Shown: positions 26,829-39,199 of the stretch, in pieces
How the letters are laid out: each line of letters starts with the position of its first letter
Position numbering within the stretch: the stretch's first letter is position 1
Assembly: GCA_023515725.1 (NCBI GenBank)
Contig: JALDTO010000235.1
Coordinates: 520,541 to 584,540, forward strand
DNA from: Amoeboaphelidium protococcarum X5
Lineage: Eukaryota > Fungi > Aphelidiomycota
Length of the DNA stretch: 64,000 bases
Reading direction: 5' to 3'
Notes under the pieces: generated by a model
Told to the model about the DNA's origin: nothing
What the model saw: the letters and a program-made list of their open reading frames with translations, nothing else
Database searches by the model: none
Translations under genes and position numbers: made by a program

Positions 26829-28610
26829 ATGGTTCAAGACGTATAAGCCTAGTTGAGGGAGCTTTAATTAAAGTGTGCCACTTTGGAAACGGAGAATAGT
26901 AAACTTAAGGATAGCGAGAGGAGACTTAAAGATGAAGGGTGTTATGGATGGATTCTGGATAAAGGATTACCCCCACTTTTAAGTGCCCCATTAGATTCTA
27001 CTATGCCTAAAAGTGAAATAAAATCACTCTAATTTGAGACATAACAAGGGGATTCTGTGCCTATCTTACAAGATTTACCCACAGATATGTGCCCTTCGTT
27101 TACGTGGCGATATTATGCCAACAAAGGATGCGAGAATGAAACAGCTGTCAAGAATCTTGTTGATCATGTACTCGTCGACTGCATAGAAGCTACTGGTCTT
27201 GGATGGGATGTCAAAACTGCCTCGGAGATGCTACTTCCAAGTATAAACAGAACTTCTGAGCGACCAGATCTTGCTGTTTTATAGATGGCGAATGGCAAAT
27301 CACTGATAGGGGCCGTGGAGGTAAGAAAACCGCCTACTTAAATGCAGAGGGAGAAAGGAATCGAATTTAATATGAACGATATATAGCAGATTGTGGCTTA
27401 TCTGTATGATTTGAGGGTATCTTTTGGCGTGCGATTTGTATTTGGAATTCTGACCACGTATGAAAAGTGGAGATTTGTATGGTTTGACGATGAAGATACC
27501 ACGGCTGCGATATCTGCAAAGTCTATTAAAGAATTTCTCGAGTGTTGCGTACGGTCTTCTTCCTAGTCTGCAGCTTCGTCTTAATACGATCTATCTATCT
27601 AGAAGTTTATAAATGGCGATGATACTACGTCAGCGGCCGATCTTTTGAGTCTAATACCTTCTGTGACTGATAAAGAGAGCCATGTGCCAGATATAGTAAG
27701 GGTAGTGTAAAGTCGCGTGTATCACTATACTGACACTGATTTAGTTGGCGTTTTAAGAACGCTCTTATTTAAATGGGCTCACACTCCTAGAGATAGAATA
27801 ATTGGCTATTTGCATCCGCAGCGTCTCTTCCGTTCCGCATCATATGATTCTGCAGACTATGAATTCCGAAAGCTTCCCAAGAGGTTGAAGTAGTTTTCGT
27901 ATCGGTTTTCGCCGTCTAAAAGCAGTCGTCTCTATTTCCTTCATGTGAATTTGAAGACTGGTGATGGTAGAACCACTTTGATTTGCAAAAATAATGGCTA
28001 GCTTGGAGTTGCTAAATTTATTATCACCAATAATGATAGAGGTCATAAAAGGAATAGTGTTATTGCACGCGAAATAGCTCACGCAGAGTCCGAAAGATGG
28101 CGAGAGATTTGGGGAGTTTAGTCTGAAGTAGTTGAAATCTTGTAGCTCTCCGTTGTGCTTATGCCTTTCGTATTTCATATTCGTGAATATCCGGACGAGT
28201 TGCGATTTTGCCCAATGAGGGCATGGAACTATAGATTAGGCATTGAGTGGTCTCTTGATTCTCTCTTTGAACCCGGGGTGATTAGAGAGGATTCCATGTT
28301 GTCAGAAGATGACTAGACTAGAGCGTATTTGGCCAATCCTTTGAAGGTTGCTAGAGAGGCATTACATCGTTTGATTATTGAGTGCGGATGGATGCAGCCA
28401 GATTAGGAGGTGAGATGGAGGCACATTGGATTGATGCCGGTGATTACACAGTCTTCCACTACCGTGACGCCTGTTATGATTGATTTGACACGTTTGATCA
28501 AAATAGCTGATGGTCAAGATAGATAATCTGTTTATGAAAAGCATTACGATATCTTACGTCGAACTATGCCTGCATAAGACGCAAAAGAGGTGGTGGATAT
28601 TGAAACGTGA
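26829..28610 (+). CDS. Crinkler-like protein: coiled coil + PD-(D/E)xK nuclease fold + degenerate kinase-like domain (DUF5898-like), 593 aa
   Basis: Intact intronless frame. ERPDLAVL..IGAVEVRKPP..QIVAYL..FGILTTYEKWRF; C-terminal GDGRT..GVAKF..AESERWREIWG..LMPF..QPDQEVRWRHIGL..PVMIDLTR. Confidence 0.75.
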
Positions 28611-29066
28611 GTAGTTCAAAGTATGGAGTCTCTATGGCTGGTAATCAGTTAAACTTTTGTCGCCGCCTGTCTGTGGAATTGTTCAACGCTAGTAGCGAAG
28701 CGCTCTGACATTGACTCCCGTCGACGTCCATGAACAATTCCGAGGTGAAATCAATCATGTGCTTACATTGCATCACGTATTAACAATGATATTCACAATT
28801 CAACCATGATAATTTATACACTTTATACGGTAATAAATAATTACTTAATTCAACTCCTTTCAAGTCAACTTGGGCGAATGAAACTCGTGAACTTGAAATC
28901 AGGGGTCAAATCTGGCCGCCATAAAAAGGAAAGTTAAGCCCCATGCTATCTTACGCCCCATTAACCGCTTCATTCCGCAGTTAGAATTTAATTTATTTAC
29001 TCAAACTCAAACGTCTATTTTAATATTGAATTTTGCTGTACTCTCAATAGGAAAGTGTATAATAAA

Positions 29067-31067
29067 ATGACTAGCGATAATCAATAAAAGTCGCTGTAAT
29101 CTGCACCAGATGCTCCTCAAGACAGCATAACTCCTCCACTCGCGTCGCTCTCGTTAGAAGTCGCCTCTGCCGGTGAATAGTACACTAACAAGTATACCAA
29201 TAATTAAGCTAATAATCATTTAATGACATCCACTTCATCTATAACTGGGGCAGAGTAGTCTTAGGATAAGCATGCGAGTACAGCGATTAACTCCTAATCA
29301 TATCACGGAATATCTCAAGCTGAAAAGACTGCATTTGTTAAACACATCAACCAAGTGTTGGCAGACTGTATTGAATTAGCAGAGAAACTACCTATCGATC
29401 CGCTGAGTGATGACATCTTCGCTGCGGTCAAAGATGGTGTTCTACTATGTAAATTGGTTAATGCAAGCGTACCTCACACCATCGATGAGTCTAAAGTGAT
29501 CAAGAAGTTTCGCGATGAAAAGAGCAAGATCTACCACTGTCTGACTAATCTCAATCTGGCTCTTAGTGGAGCGCGTCGCATTGGAGCAATCATTGTGAAT
29601 GTTGGCGCTGAGGATCTCCTGGACGGTAAGCAGTACCTGGTTTTCGGTCTCTTGTGGTAGATAATCAAGATTGGCCTGCTGAAAGAAGTCTCTCTGGACG
29701 CTCATCCTGAGCTGGCTTAACTACAGGAGGGCAATGAGAACATTTCTGATATCCCACCAGAAGAGTTACTCCTAAAGTGGTTCAACTATCACTTAAAGCG
29801 TAATGGATCTGATTTGAGAGTGTCCAATTTCTCCAATGATATTAAAACATCTATGGCGTATCTTCATCTGCTTGACAAGTTGCACCCAGAGTTGAAGGCA
29901 TTGGATGCTATGAATGAACCAGATTTATTGAAGCGTGCCGAGATTATGCTCATGACTGCTGAGAAGGTTGGTGTCCGCTCCGTGGTCACTCCAGAAGATA
30001 TTATGGCCGGTAATGAGAGACTGAATTTGGTGTTCACTGCCAACATGTTTAATGCTCACACTGGAATGTTGCCAGTCGCTGAGGAGATGGAGAAGGAGAA
30101 TGAGAGTCTGGCCAATGAGAATAAGATGTTGAAGGATAAGGCTGGTGAGCTTGAGGCCAAGTTGAATTCACTGAACGCGTCTATACAGGCCCAGAAGGAT
30201 GAGATGGAAAATCTGCTCTCCGTAAAGACTTAAATCACCTCTGAAGTATAGGCACTGCAGAATGAAAAGATGCAACTGAGTCTCAAGATTTCCAAGGTGC
30301 TGGAAGAGAATCAACTACTATCAGGCACTGTAAAATAGATGGGCGCCGAGAAGAAGGCTGTTGAGATGTCCCGTTAGCAGCTGGCCAGTAGGTATGATCA
30401 AATCTCTGATCAACTGCTCAAGACCACAGAGGAGCTGGAGAAGGAGAGAATTTCTCTCGAGACTTCAGAGTATTGTGGCGCCTCACTGGCCAATGATCTG
30501 GAAGAGCTGCGTGGTAGGCAGGAGAAGTTGGAATTTTTGATTGAACACTTGAAGATTGAACGTCTGAGAAGTGATATGCATATTGAGCGTTTGCGTGTGC
30601 TGTACAATTGGTTCCCTTCCACTGAAGCTTTGGCAGAGGCAATCTATAAAAATCTCACCCTTGCCAACATATCTAAGGACTCTTCCAAGAGCGGATATCT
30701 GACAAAGAAGGCCAGGAATGGCAACAACTGGAAGTATCGGTACTTTGTATTGAAAGACAATTTCTTGTTCTACTTCAAGAGTGATAAAGATTAGTCAACG
30801 CTGGCCAGTGGCGTTATTCGTGTGGATGATGCTTAGTTGCGTTTTGCTGAGAATCCAACACGCAAGAACATCAAGGACCAGTGGCTTCTCTGCATTGAGA
30901 TCCCCAATAACAACGACTCGATCAAGTAGCATGCTTTCTACATTGCTGGCGAGGATCATGAATTGGAGGGATGGAAGAGTTCTATACGTCAAGCTGCCGG
31001 CTGGTGGACGCGTAAATCTAGCATGTCCACAATGAATAAGAAGCGATCTGTGAGATTGACTTAATGA
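29067..31067 (+). CDS. Fimbrin-type actin-binding domain (CH-CH) + coiled coil + PH domain protein, 666 aa
   Basis: EKTAFVKHINQVL, VKDGVLLCKLVN, LVFGLLW[TAG]IIKIGLL, PEELLLKWFNYHL and GNERLNLVFTANMFN (fimbrin ABD1). Heptad region, then KSGYLTKKARNGNNWKYRYFVLKDNFLFYFK..ELEGWKSSI (PH). Confidence 0.87.
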
Positions 31068-31216
31068 TTTGTATGCTATTGATAGTTTTTGGATATGTAG
31101 TAAAGGTTAATAAGGTACATGCGTTGAATATAGTTTAAATAAAAATTGTGGTTTAAGTACGTGCACCTAGGATTTTTAACTTACAGTATGGTTTGCATTT
31201 AACACATTACAATAAA

Positions 31217-32881
31217 TCAACTTAAAACATTGGAATTTTTATCACTTTGTTGCATTTCATTAATCGCCACCAAATTGAGACATTCATCAATATGCCGGTT
31301 CAGCATTCTATTATCATTACTTACTGCAGCTTCCAAGATGTGCTACTGACATATTGGGCATTTGAACTCATCCAAGTGTTCAGACGGTCGTTTCCGACAA
31401 GAATGTTATTACTATTTTTATTCTTTATCTTGCATTTATTATTGACATTATAAAAAGGACTTTATACCGAGTTACTTTCTACCAGATGACTCCGTATTAG
31501 TCGGATCATTGAGGGAAGACATGCGCAGTCCCATAAGTCGCAACTCACATGGCATAACTTCAAGTAACAAAGACTTGGCTACACTGTAGATATCATCAGC
31601 ACTTTGAATGGATTCTAGAACAGATTTAGCTTTGGATTTCACAGAGAAATCGGACATTTTAATCTTTAATGTGACACACTTGCCAGATAGATTCTTCTTC
31701 TCCAGATCTTGATTAAGTTTCTGGGATATTTCACGCAACTTGGCCAGCAGAGATTCCCTATCGCTCATGGCATTGAATGTTCGCTCAACCGAGACACTCT
31801 TACGATCTGAATCATCATCACTGCCACCAACCACATTAGATCCTATACCGAGTGATATTCTAAGCAGAAAGTCGAATGTGATCTTGGAGAAGAGTTCATG
31901 AGTATACATCCGCATCTGATACAATTCTTCACATGTATAAATGCCAATGGAATTCAGAATACGCTCAGTCACTTTACCAATGCCAGATATCTTGCGAATG
32001 TTAAGAGGTTTCATAAATTGAAGTATATCCTGCACTTGATTAGGTATCAAATGCTAACCATTCGGTTTGTTAAAGTCAGTACAAATCTTGGCAATCATTC
32101 GGTTGGCGCCAATACCAGCAGAGCACGTCAGTTTAGTCTTCTCTAATACTTTCATTCTCATTTCCTTGACCACCTCCAAAATTTGATGGTGTGAATGAAT
32201 ATCTATACCGTTACTAGTTAGATAAGGTGTAAGATCCATGTAGCCTTCATCCAAAGACAACATTTCCAGATTAGGATCATACTACTTCAACACTTCCTGC
32301 ACAGCAAGACTCGCCTCTTTATACGCACCAAACCGCGATGGCACAATAATCAACTGGGGACACAGCTATTTTGCTATAAAACCAGGCATAGCACTGCGCA
32401 CTCCATACCGTCGGGCCTCATAGTTGGCCGTACTAAGCATCCCAATTCCACCAACACCGACAGGTTTCCCACGCAGAGATGGATTATCACGTTCCTCTAC
32501 AGCTGCAAAGAAGGCATCCATATCCAAATGCACAATAATTCTACTCAAGTCGCGAGATTCTTATTCCAACGAGGCAATCTACTTGTCTACAATCTTCTGC
32601 ACGCGAGCCATATCCGTCTGCTTCAATTATTAATACTTTTTCTAGATGGCGTCAATCTTATCCTGGGTCTATTAGTCCTTCTTCTACTCATTCTGGTAGA
32701 ATTTACTATCCCTCGACATTTGATAAATCACCTTCTTCACATGATTCTTATCCACACCTTCTAGGCCAGCCTTCAGTGACGAAGTGGACGCCATTCTATC
32801 CAAAGCTCCATCAAATTCATGCACACGGCTCTTATCTACGTTCTCCTCTTCTTCAGGCATTATTAGATTATCCTCAGGCAT
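31217..32881 (-). CDS. POLK: DNA polymerase kappa (Y-family, DinB) with C-terminal UBZ finger, about 554 aa
   Basis: N-clasp [74 protein letters not shown] and [13 protein letters not shown]. Confidence 0.93.
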
Positions 32882-33174
32882 TATTAGATTTTTGAGGTCT
32901 TCAATTCCAGTGCACTCTTACTAAATAAAAATAGAAGATAACTGCAGAGAGAATACAACTTGTGAAGTCTTAACTTTCTAAAAGCTTTTAATCGAAATTT
33001 GAAATGTGAAACGAGAAAAGAGATATTTTGTGGTTTCTCGCCGTGATGAAGATCTTCATTTCCGCTTCTTTCTTTTGTCGATCTAGTCAGGAACTTCTGA
33101 GTAGAAGCATTCTACAGTTTCTCTTTCTCACTTTCTTATTCTTCAGTGATTGCTTGATTGAGTGTATTAGACGT

Positions 33175-33491
33175 ATGGACAGAGAGCGGTAATTGCTTGT
33201 TGAGCAGATTCTCTAGTTATCTCAGCAATTGAAAGGTATGAACTTATGTTAATTATCGCTTCAATTTCGAATGCCAATCAGTGCTATCTATAGTTTGTAG
33301 TTATCAATGGTCAGGTGATACAAGCACGAGAAGATTATTATAAGTTGAATGCAGAGAACCAGGTACTAGAGACTTATATGGATAATTTGTAGAAGCGACA
33401 GTAGTTTTCCAACAGTCAGCAACTTGCTGCCAATGCATCAAAGTCTCCCAAGAATATACGCAAAACTTTGAATAGCCTGTTTAATCGATGA
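33175..33491 (+). CDS. SCOC: Short coiled-coil protein SCOC/Slo1-like (intron 33236-33300)
   Basis: ERQLLVEQILQLSQQLKVINGQVIQAREDYYKLNAENQVLETYMDNL matches the SCOC pattern KLxxENQVLxxYxxNL. Confidence 0.75.
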
Positions 33492-33805
33492 TAATAATAT
33501 TGAATGATGGATGATATAGTACTCTGAATAGATTTGTTGTAGAGAGTCTCATTTCTTTACTTTCCATTGCGCGAGAATATTTTTTGATTTCATAGCTGTT
33601 AAATTTGACTATCAAGAAGTATCAGGTGTCCTATTTTGTTACATGTGCGTTAAACAGATGTCAGATATCCATACTGCTATGAGCTTTGTTGTAACGAAGA
33701 TCAAGCGCGTCGTGTCAAACTACTCTCTTTCTCCTTCACTTCTCTTCTCTTTTGTATGAAAATTAATATTCTACTAATTTCCTATTAAATATAACGCAAT
33801 AAAGT

Positions 33806-34243
33806 ATGGAGGCTTTAATTGGAAGAGATGTATTCGAACCACTGCCTGAACTCTAACATACTTTCAGGCCTGATCCTAAAATGCCTTCATCTTTAATATC
33901 TTTTGCATTCTCAGGTATAGTCTTTGTTCCATGGGTGGTTCTCTTGCTCTATGTAAGTTTTTCTAATCTCCTTATACAGTTCATGATAACTTTTATAGCG
34001 CATAATTATATTGTGTGAATGTAGTGGCTATCGAATGGCGCATTGAACATGAAAAAGTTTCCATTTGCGCGAGCTGGTGAACTGTTGCCGTCTGTATTGT
34101 TCATTGGCGGCCTATGTGCTTACGTGTATACAATGTTTTTGTACTGGCTCAAGCTGAACATGTTTGAAATGTTGACCATTGTTGCTCCACTATGTGCATT
34201 CATTGCGCTCTCTGGTAGATGGCTCGTCAGCTTCTGGTCATGA
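33806..34243 (+). CDS. SWP1: Oligosaccharyltransferase Swp1/ribophorin II, C-terminal three-TM part only (121 aa; intron 33953-34024)
   Basis: FEPLPELQHTFRPDPKMPSSLISFAFSGIVFVPW and MFLYWLKLNMFEML match the RPN2/Swp1 membrane region. Confidence 0.8.
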
Positions 34244-34355
34244 TCTTTTGTTATGTGAAATAAAGTCAGTAAAAATATGAGATCAAAAAGGATAACCATA
34301 CTTTATTATTTCATAGCCAATGCTCGTATATGGTAGCAATCAGTATAGAGGCGAA

Positions 34356-37133
34356 TCATCTATAATCGTTATGACCAGCGGAGAATGATGGATATGCAGA
34401 TCGCCGACCACTAGCAGAATTATGTCCACTAAGAGTGTGTCTCTATAAACCGACGCGATGTCGAAAGTCTTTGAGCCAGTGTTGGTGCGATCGGATCAAA
34501 TCTTCAGCTTTCATTCTCTCTTGCTCCCATTGTCTCAATTCAAAGGATGGATTCATTATACCACCACCGTTTAAATTACTCTTCAATCCAGAGAATGGGG
34601 ACGTAAATGATGCAGAAAAAGCGGGAACATTTTGACCATACTTGTATCGCGATCCACCGAGGGATGGAAGTGGGGCAGAATTTACATAAGACTTGCGAAG
34701 ACCACTGATTATATCTTACAACTCCTGCTGTGACTGAGGATCAACGTTGACGGATGCACCTCCATTTCCACCGTCAATCTCTGACAACTTGAGTGAGGTA
34801 TCGTCTAGCGGTTAGTGAATAGCAGACTCCAGACCAATATGAGGTTGCTTTTCCGATAACAACGATTACTTTTATTTGTCATGAGCAAATTACTTCTTGT
34901 CTCTAGCATCCTCTTTCAATCTCTTGATATACTCCTCCTCTTCTTTCAGTCTTTTATGCAATTCTTTGGCAAGCGGTGACGTTCGAACGTGACTTTGATC
35001 TCCATCAGCACGCATGAACATATCGTCAACTTCTTTCAGAGCATCCCCATTGCTATTATCATCTGATGAGGAATCTAAGCTGACTTGAGAGTAAAAATCA
35101 TTGTTCGTATAATTACTTCTACTTGATAATTCTCGAGCCCGATGCTTTGTCCTTGCTTACTGATATTCCTTTGAAGATTTTACATTATCAAAATCCATCT
35201 AACCCTTTTACTAAAGTGAAGAAGCATTAAACATTTCTGACTTTTACCTCAATTCCGCTTCTTATTTCTCCAATACCAATCGCTCCTTTTCCAATTATCG
35301 CTTCTTGGCTTGCTAATTCTCAATCTCCTCCTCATTCTCCTTCATCAGATCTGCCAATTCATTTCTCTTCATTTTGATAGCGGCAGCGAACGTAGCATCA
35401 GAATCTTTCTAATTGTGCTACCGAATGATGATCAACTTATCCTCCAGAGTATTTTACTCAAACTAAAGTTGCTGCTTCAGCTTGAGCAGTTTTTCAGTCC
35501 ATTTGCTCTCAATATTTTAATACTCTCTTTCGAATTCTGCTTCACGATCTTTCAACTGCTGCTGATATGACAGCTTCAACTAATTCTACAAGTGCTTCTC
35601 CTGAGCGTCCATTTCGCTCTACTATTTCTAAATCTTATCTTTCAGCACTTTCTTCAAATCTTGAGACTGTTATTCCAATTTATCCATCTCCTGCTACTCT
35701 TTTACTTTAAACTATTTCTGCAATTCAGCCAACTCCACATCAAGCTTATCCTTCTATGTAGCAAGTGCTTTATCAAACTGTACTTAAATCTCAAGCTTCT
35801 TAGCCTCCAACTACTCTTTCAATTTAGTGAGCTCTTTCTCAGCCTCAATCTCATATGACTATTTCTTTCTCTGATACTATGCGCGAATCTCTTCCTCAGT
35901 CTACTCTTTGCTATACTGCAACTCCAACTCCTCTCGAAACTTTTTCAATCGATCATTATACTCTCGATCCAGTTTGACTTTCTCCTTCTCCTCTTTTAGC
36001 TGAAGCTGCTCATCATAAGTTTACAGAGACTCCTGCAGCTACTGATCCATCTTCTGCTCAACCTCCTACTTTTACTCCTCCAATTCCTATTGCAATTCCC
36101 TTTTAAACTAAGCAAAAGCCTTCTCCAACTGAGCACGTTCCTCCTTCTCAATTTACGCCCGCTCATCTTTGAGCATATTCCGAAATGCCTCTAGTCGATC
36201 TTCAAACATTTATCTCTCATCCTGCTCCTTCTCCTCAAACTATATTCGCAACTCCTCAATCTTAGCCAGAAGCATCTGCTGCACAACATCACGTTACTTA
36301 TCATCCACTGAAGTACCTGCACCCCGTATTTTGTCGCTGGTTTATTAAGAAGCTTTCCGCGCCTCCTCCGCCAGATTGATGATAGAAGAGACCAGATTAG
36401 CATCACTCTTTCCCATCGGACTATTAAGTGATCTACTGCTGGCATGTACGCTCAGTAAATTAACAGACGGATGAAGACTCTTCTTACTGACATCCAGACG
36501 TGATGACGAGCCGGGAACTTGCAGGGAGGCAGACTGTTTAGAGTGCAAATCACTGGATGATGGTACTTTCATGGGCCTCAAGTCGGCACTCTTACTCAGC
36601 ATTTTGGCATCATTGGTGAGTTGCATTAGATTAACAGTTCCAGCAGAGGATTTTCTTTCTTATGCAGAACCAGATTATATCGGCTACTGTTTGGAGAAGT
36701 CTCCAGAATTAGACTACGGCAACACAACGGTGGGTATTACATTACTTGAGACTGACTATTACGAACTTTACTGTAAGTTCACTGTATACCCATTAATCTT
36801 ACCATTTCCAGTCGCTCTCTTTGCTCGTTCATCCAAATACTTCTATTTAAATATTGCATCACATGGATGATCCCAAATCGACTCACCAGACTTAAAATTA
36901 AAATAATACACCTCCCCATCATCAGTCTAGCATGGTTTCCAATCATTAGGCAGAGGAGCTTTAAGACCTTCCCTGGCTATCCACAACAGCTCAATGTCTA
37001 CAGGGTTGCTCAGATCCATACCTATATACTTGGCATACTCTTTAATTTCTTCATCATTCGGTTCATATTCTTCATCAATTTCCTCTTCCAAAACAATGCT
37101 CTTCTTTTAGTCATTCTTATTTGAATCGCCCAT
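34356..37133 (-). CDS. CEP164: CEP164-like centriolar distal-appendage protein (N-terminal WW domain + coiled coil), 925 aa
   Basis: VLEEEIDEEYEPNDEEIKEYAKYIGMD..ELLWIAREGLKAPLPNDWKPC[TAG]TDDGEVYYFNFKSGESIWDHPCD is the CEP164 N-terminal signature. A long E/Q/K coiled coil follows. Confidence 0.87.
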
Positions 37134-37463
37134 TGTGTTTTCTATTATCAAACGAAAAGACAATTGGCCCAAATTTTAAAATTAAGATAAAGATAGATGT
37201 GGGTACTTTAGTAATAACTATAGCAGGTGTAAAATCGTCTGATGAAACAACACGGAACAGAAAGAATGGAGGAGACGAGTCGGAACGGCCGTTGTCAACC
37301 AAATCACTTTTCTGCGCTGCGTCGTCGTCAACCGTCAAAGCATCAAGAATTGCTCTGGACTTTCTTGACCATTTTGTGTCATTTTACTTAAATTTGAGTT
37401 TGGAATTTCGTTTATTGACTAGCATAGAATTTAATATATTGTGACATCTTTACATTTGGAATA

Positions 37464-39140
37464 ATGCCTAAACGCGTGTATGATGTCGTTGTAGTTGGCG
37501 GTGGGATTGTGGGATCTGCATTTGCTTCCGGATTGGGTAAACATATCATTACGCGAAAGAAGATTTAAAGTTGTGTTTAATCTGATAAACATCATAATTG
37601 AGTGTAGCTGTATAGGCAAGGAAGCTTGGTGTAAAATGTCCATCCATTGCATTGATAGAGTCTGCGCCGCGGGAGAAACTGTTCGCATTTAGTTAGAGCT
37701 CGCCGGTTAGAAATAGAGTTAGTTCTTTGACACCATAATCGATAGATTTTTTAAAAGGTAATCTTAATACTTGTTTGATACTTAAAAATGGATCTGAGAA
37801 CATTTGGTTAAGTGTGTAGAATGTGGCGTATATTAACACGTAATTCACGAACGGGTTAAGCCTTATACTTCAATGAAGGTACGCGACTATTTCTATAGCT
37901 GTATCTGACCACATGTTTATTTAGTTCGAATTGGTAGGTTTGGGATAATGCAGCATCGGACAGTCCAATGTTGACAGGTCTTAGTGCTCTTACTGGTATG
38001 GAAGTGGGTGGAGCGATTGAATTCTCTTCATCTGACATGAATTAGTCCTACATAAGTGCAATGATTGAAAATAATAATCTCATTCAGGCATTGTTTAAGA
38101 ATATAGAATGTAGTAATGACGTTGATTTGCTATATGGATAGTCGGTAGATAAAGTGATTATACCACCAACATTTGATGAGTATACTGACGAAGCAGTTGA
38201 CAGTGTAATGTCTTACGGTTCTGAATTACCACGCGTTCTTTTGAAGGGGGATGATAGTGAAATACACTGCAAGTTGCTGGTCGGTGCGGATGGAGCTAAT
38301 TCCGTCGTACGCTCAGCATCTGGTATAAGAATGGACGGTTGGGATTATGGTTAAAGTGGAGTTGTAGCATCTCTGAATTTAGATTAAGACGTCTCTACTG
38401 CGTATCAAAAATTTATGCCTAATAACATTATGGCCATCCTACCTCTATCTGAATCTCGAGCCTCGCTTGTATGGTCATGTCCATCAAAGTTGGCGCGAAA
38501 ACTTGTTAGTCTACCAGATGGTCAATTTGTTGAACTTATCAACCTTGCTCTACAAGTGCCATATTCGGATATTGCTCATTTGCTTGACTTATTATGCAAA
38601 GATGGCCAAGATCAATTACAGTAGGAGGATATCAAATTTGCAATTGAACGATGTTAATCTCGTTACATGTCCCGCAACCAGTTTTAATTTAGAGATGGTT
38701 TGCCAAAAATTACTGATATGGTTCCCATGAGTAGAGCGGCGTTTCCTCTTAGATTTAGAAAAAGTGAGGAATATACAAGGTATAGATTGGCTTTAATCGG
38801 AGATGCAGCTCATGTCATACATCCAATGGCCGGCCTCGGACTTAATCTGGGATTGAACGATGCATAGTAGCTGGTATTGAATTGCGCCTAACAGATTTAA
38901 GTCGGACAAGATTTGGGTTCAGAGATCGCTCTTGCGCGTTATCAAAGAATTTAAAGTGTATCGAATTTAGCGACCATGGCGTCAATTGATATGCTATGGC
39001 GTCTTTATGGCGTTACCGATAACGATTCTTATGGCTTAGCGAAGGATTTGGTCACAAGCGCTAGAGTTTTAGGCATGGACTTGTTCAATAGCTCTCGTTT
39101 AATCAAGGCAACTGCAATGAAATACGCTATGAGTGTCTGA
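37464..39140 (+). CDS. COQ6: Ubiquinone biosynthesis monooxygenase (introns 37537-37607, 37758-37819, 37879-37937)
   Basis: YDVVVVGGGIVG, NRVSSLTP, MK|VWD, LLVGADGANSVVR, RAAFPL and ALIGDAAHVIHPMAGLGLNLG. Confidence 0.92.
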
Positions 39141-39199
39141 ATTTTTACTGCGACTTATTTCTATAAATTTAATCCTTTAAATGATAAAAATAATAAAAT

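Noticed and set aside
35310-35858. Leu/Phe-rich plus-strand ORFs that look like membrane proteins
   Set aside because: Antisense shadows of the E/K/Q-rich CEP164 coiled coil. The same applies to many ORF-track entries, e.g. 7673-8011, 18121-18594 and 51548-52072.
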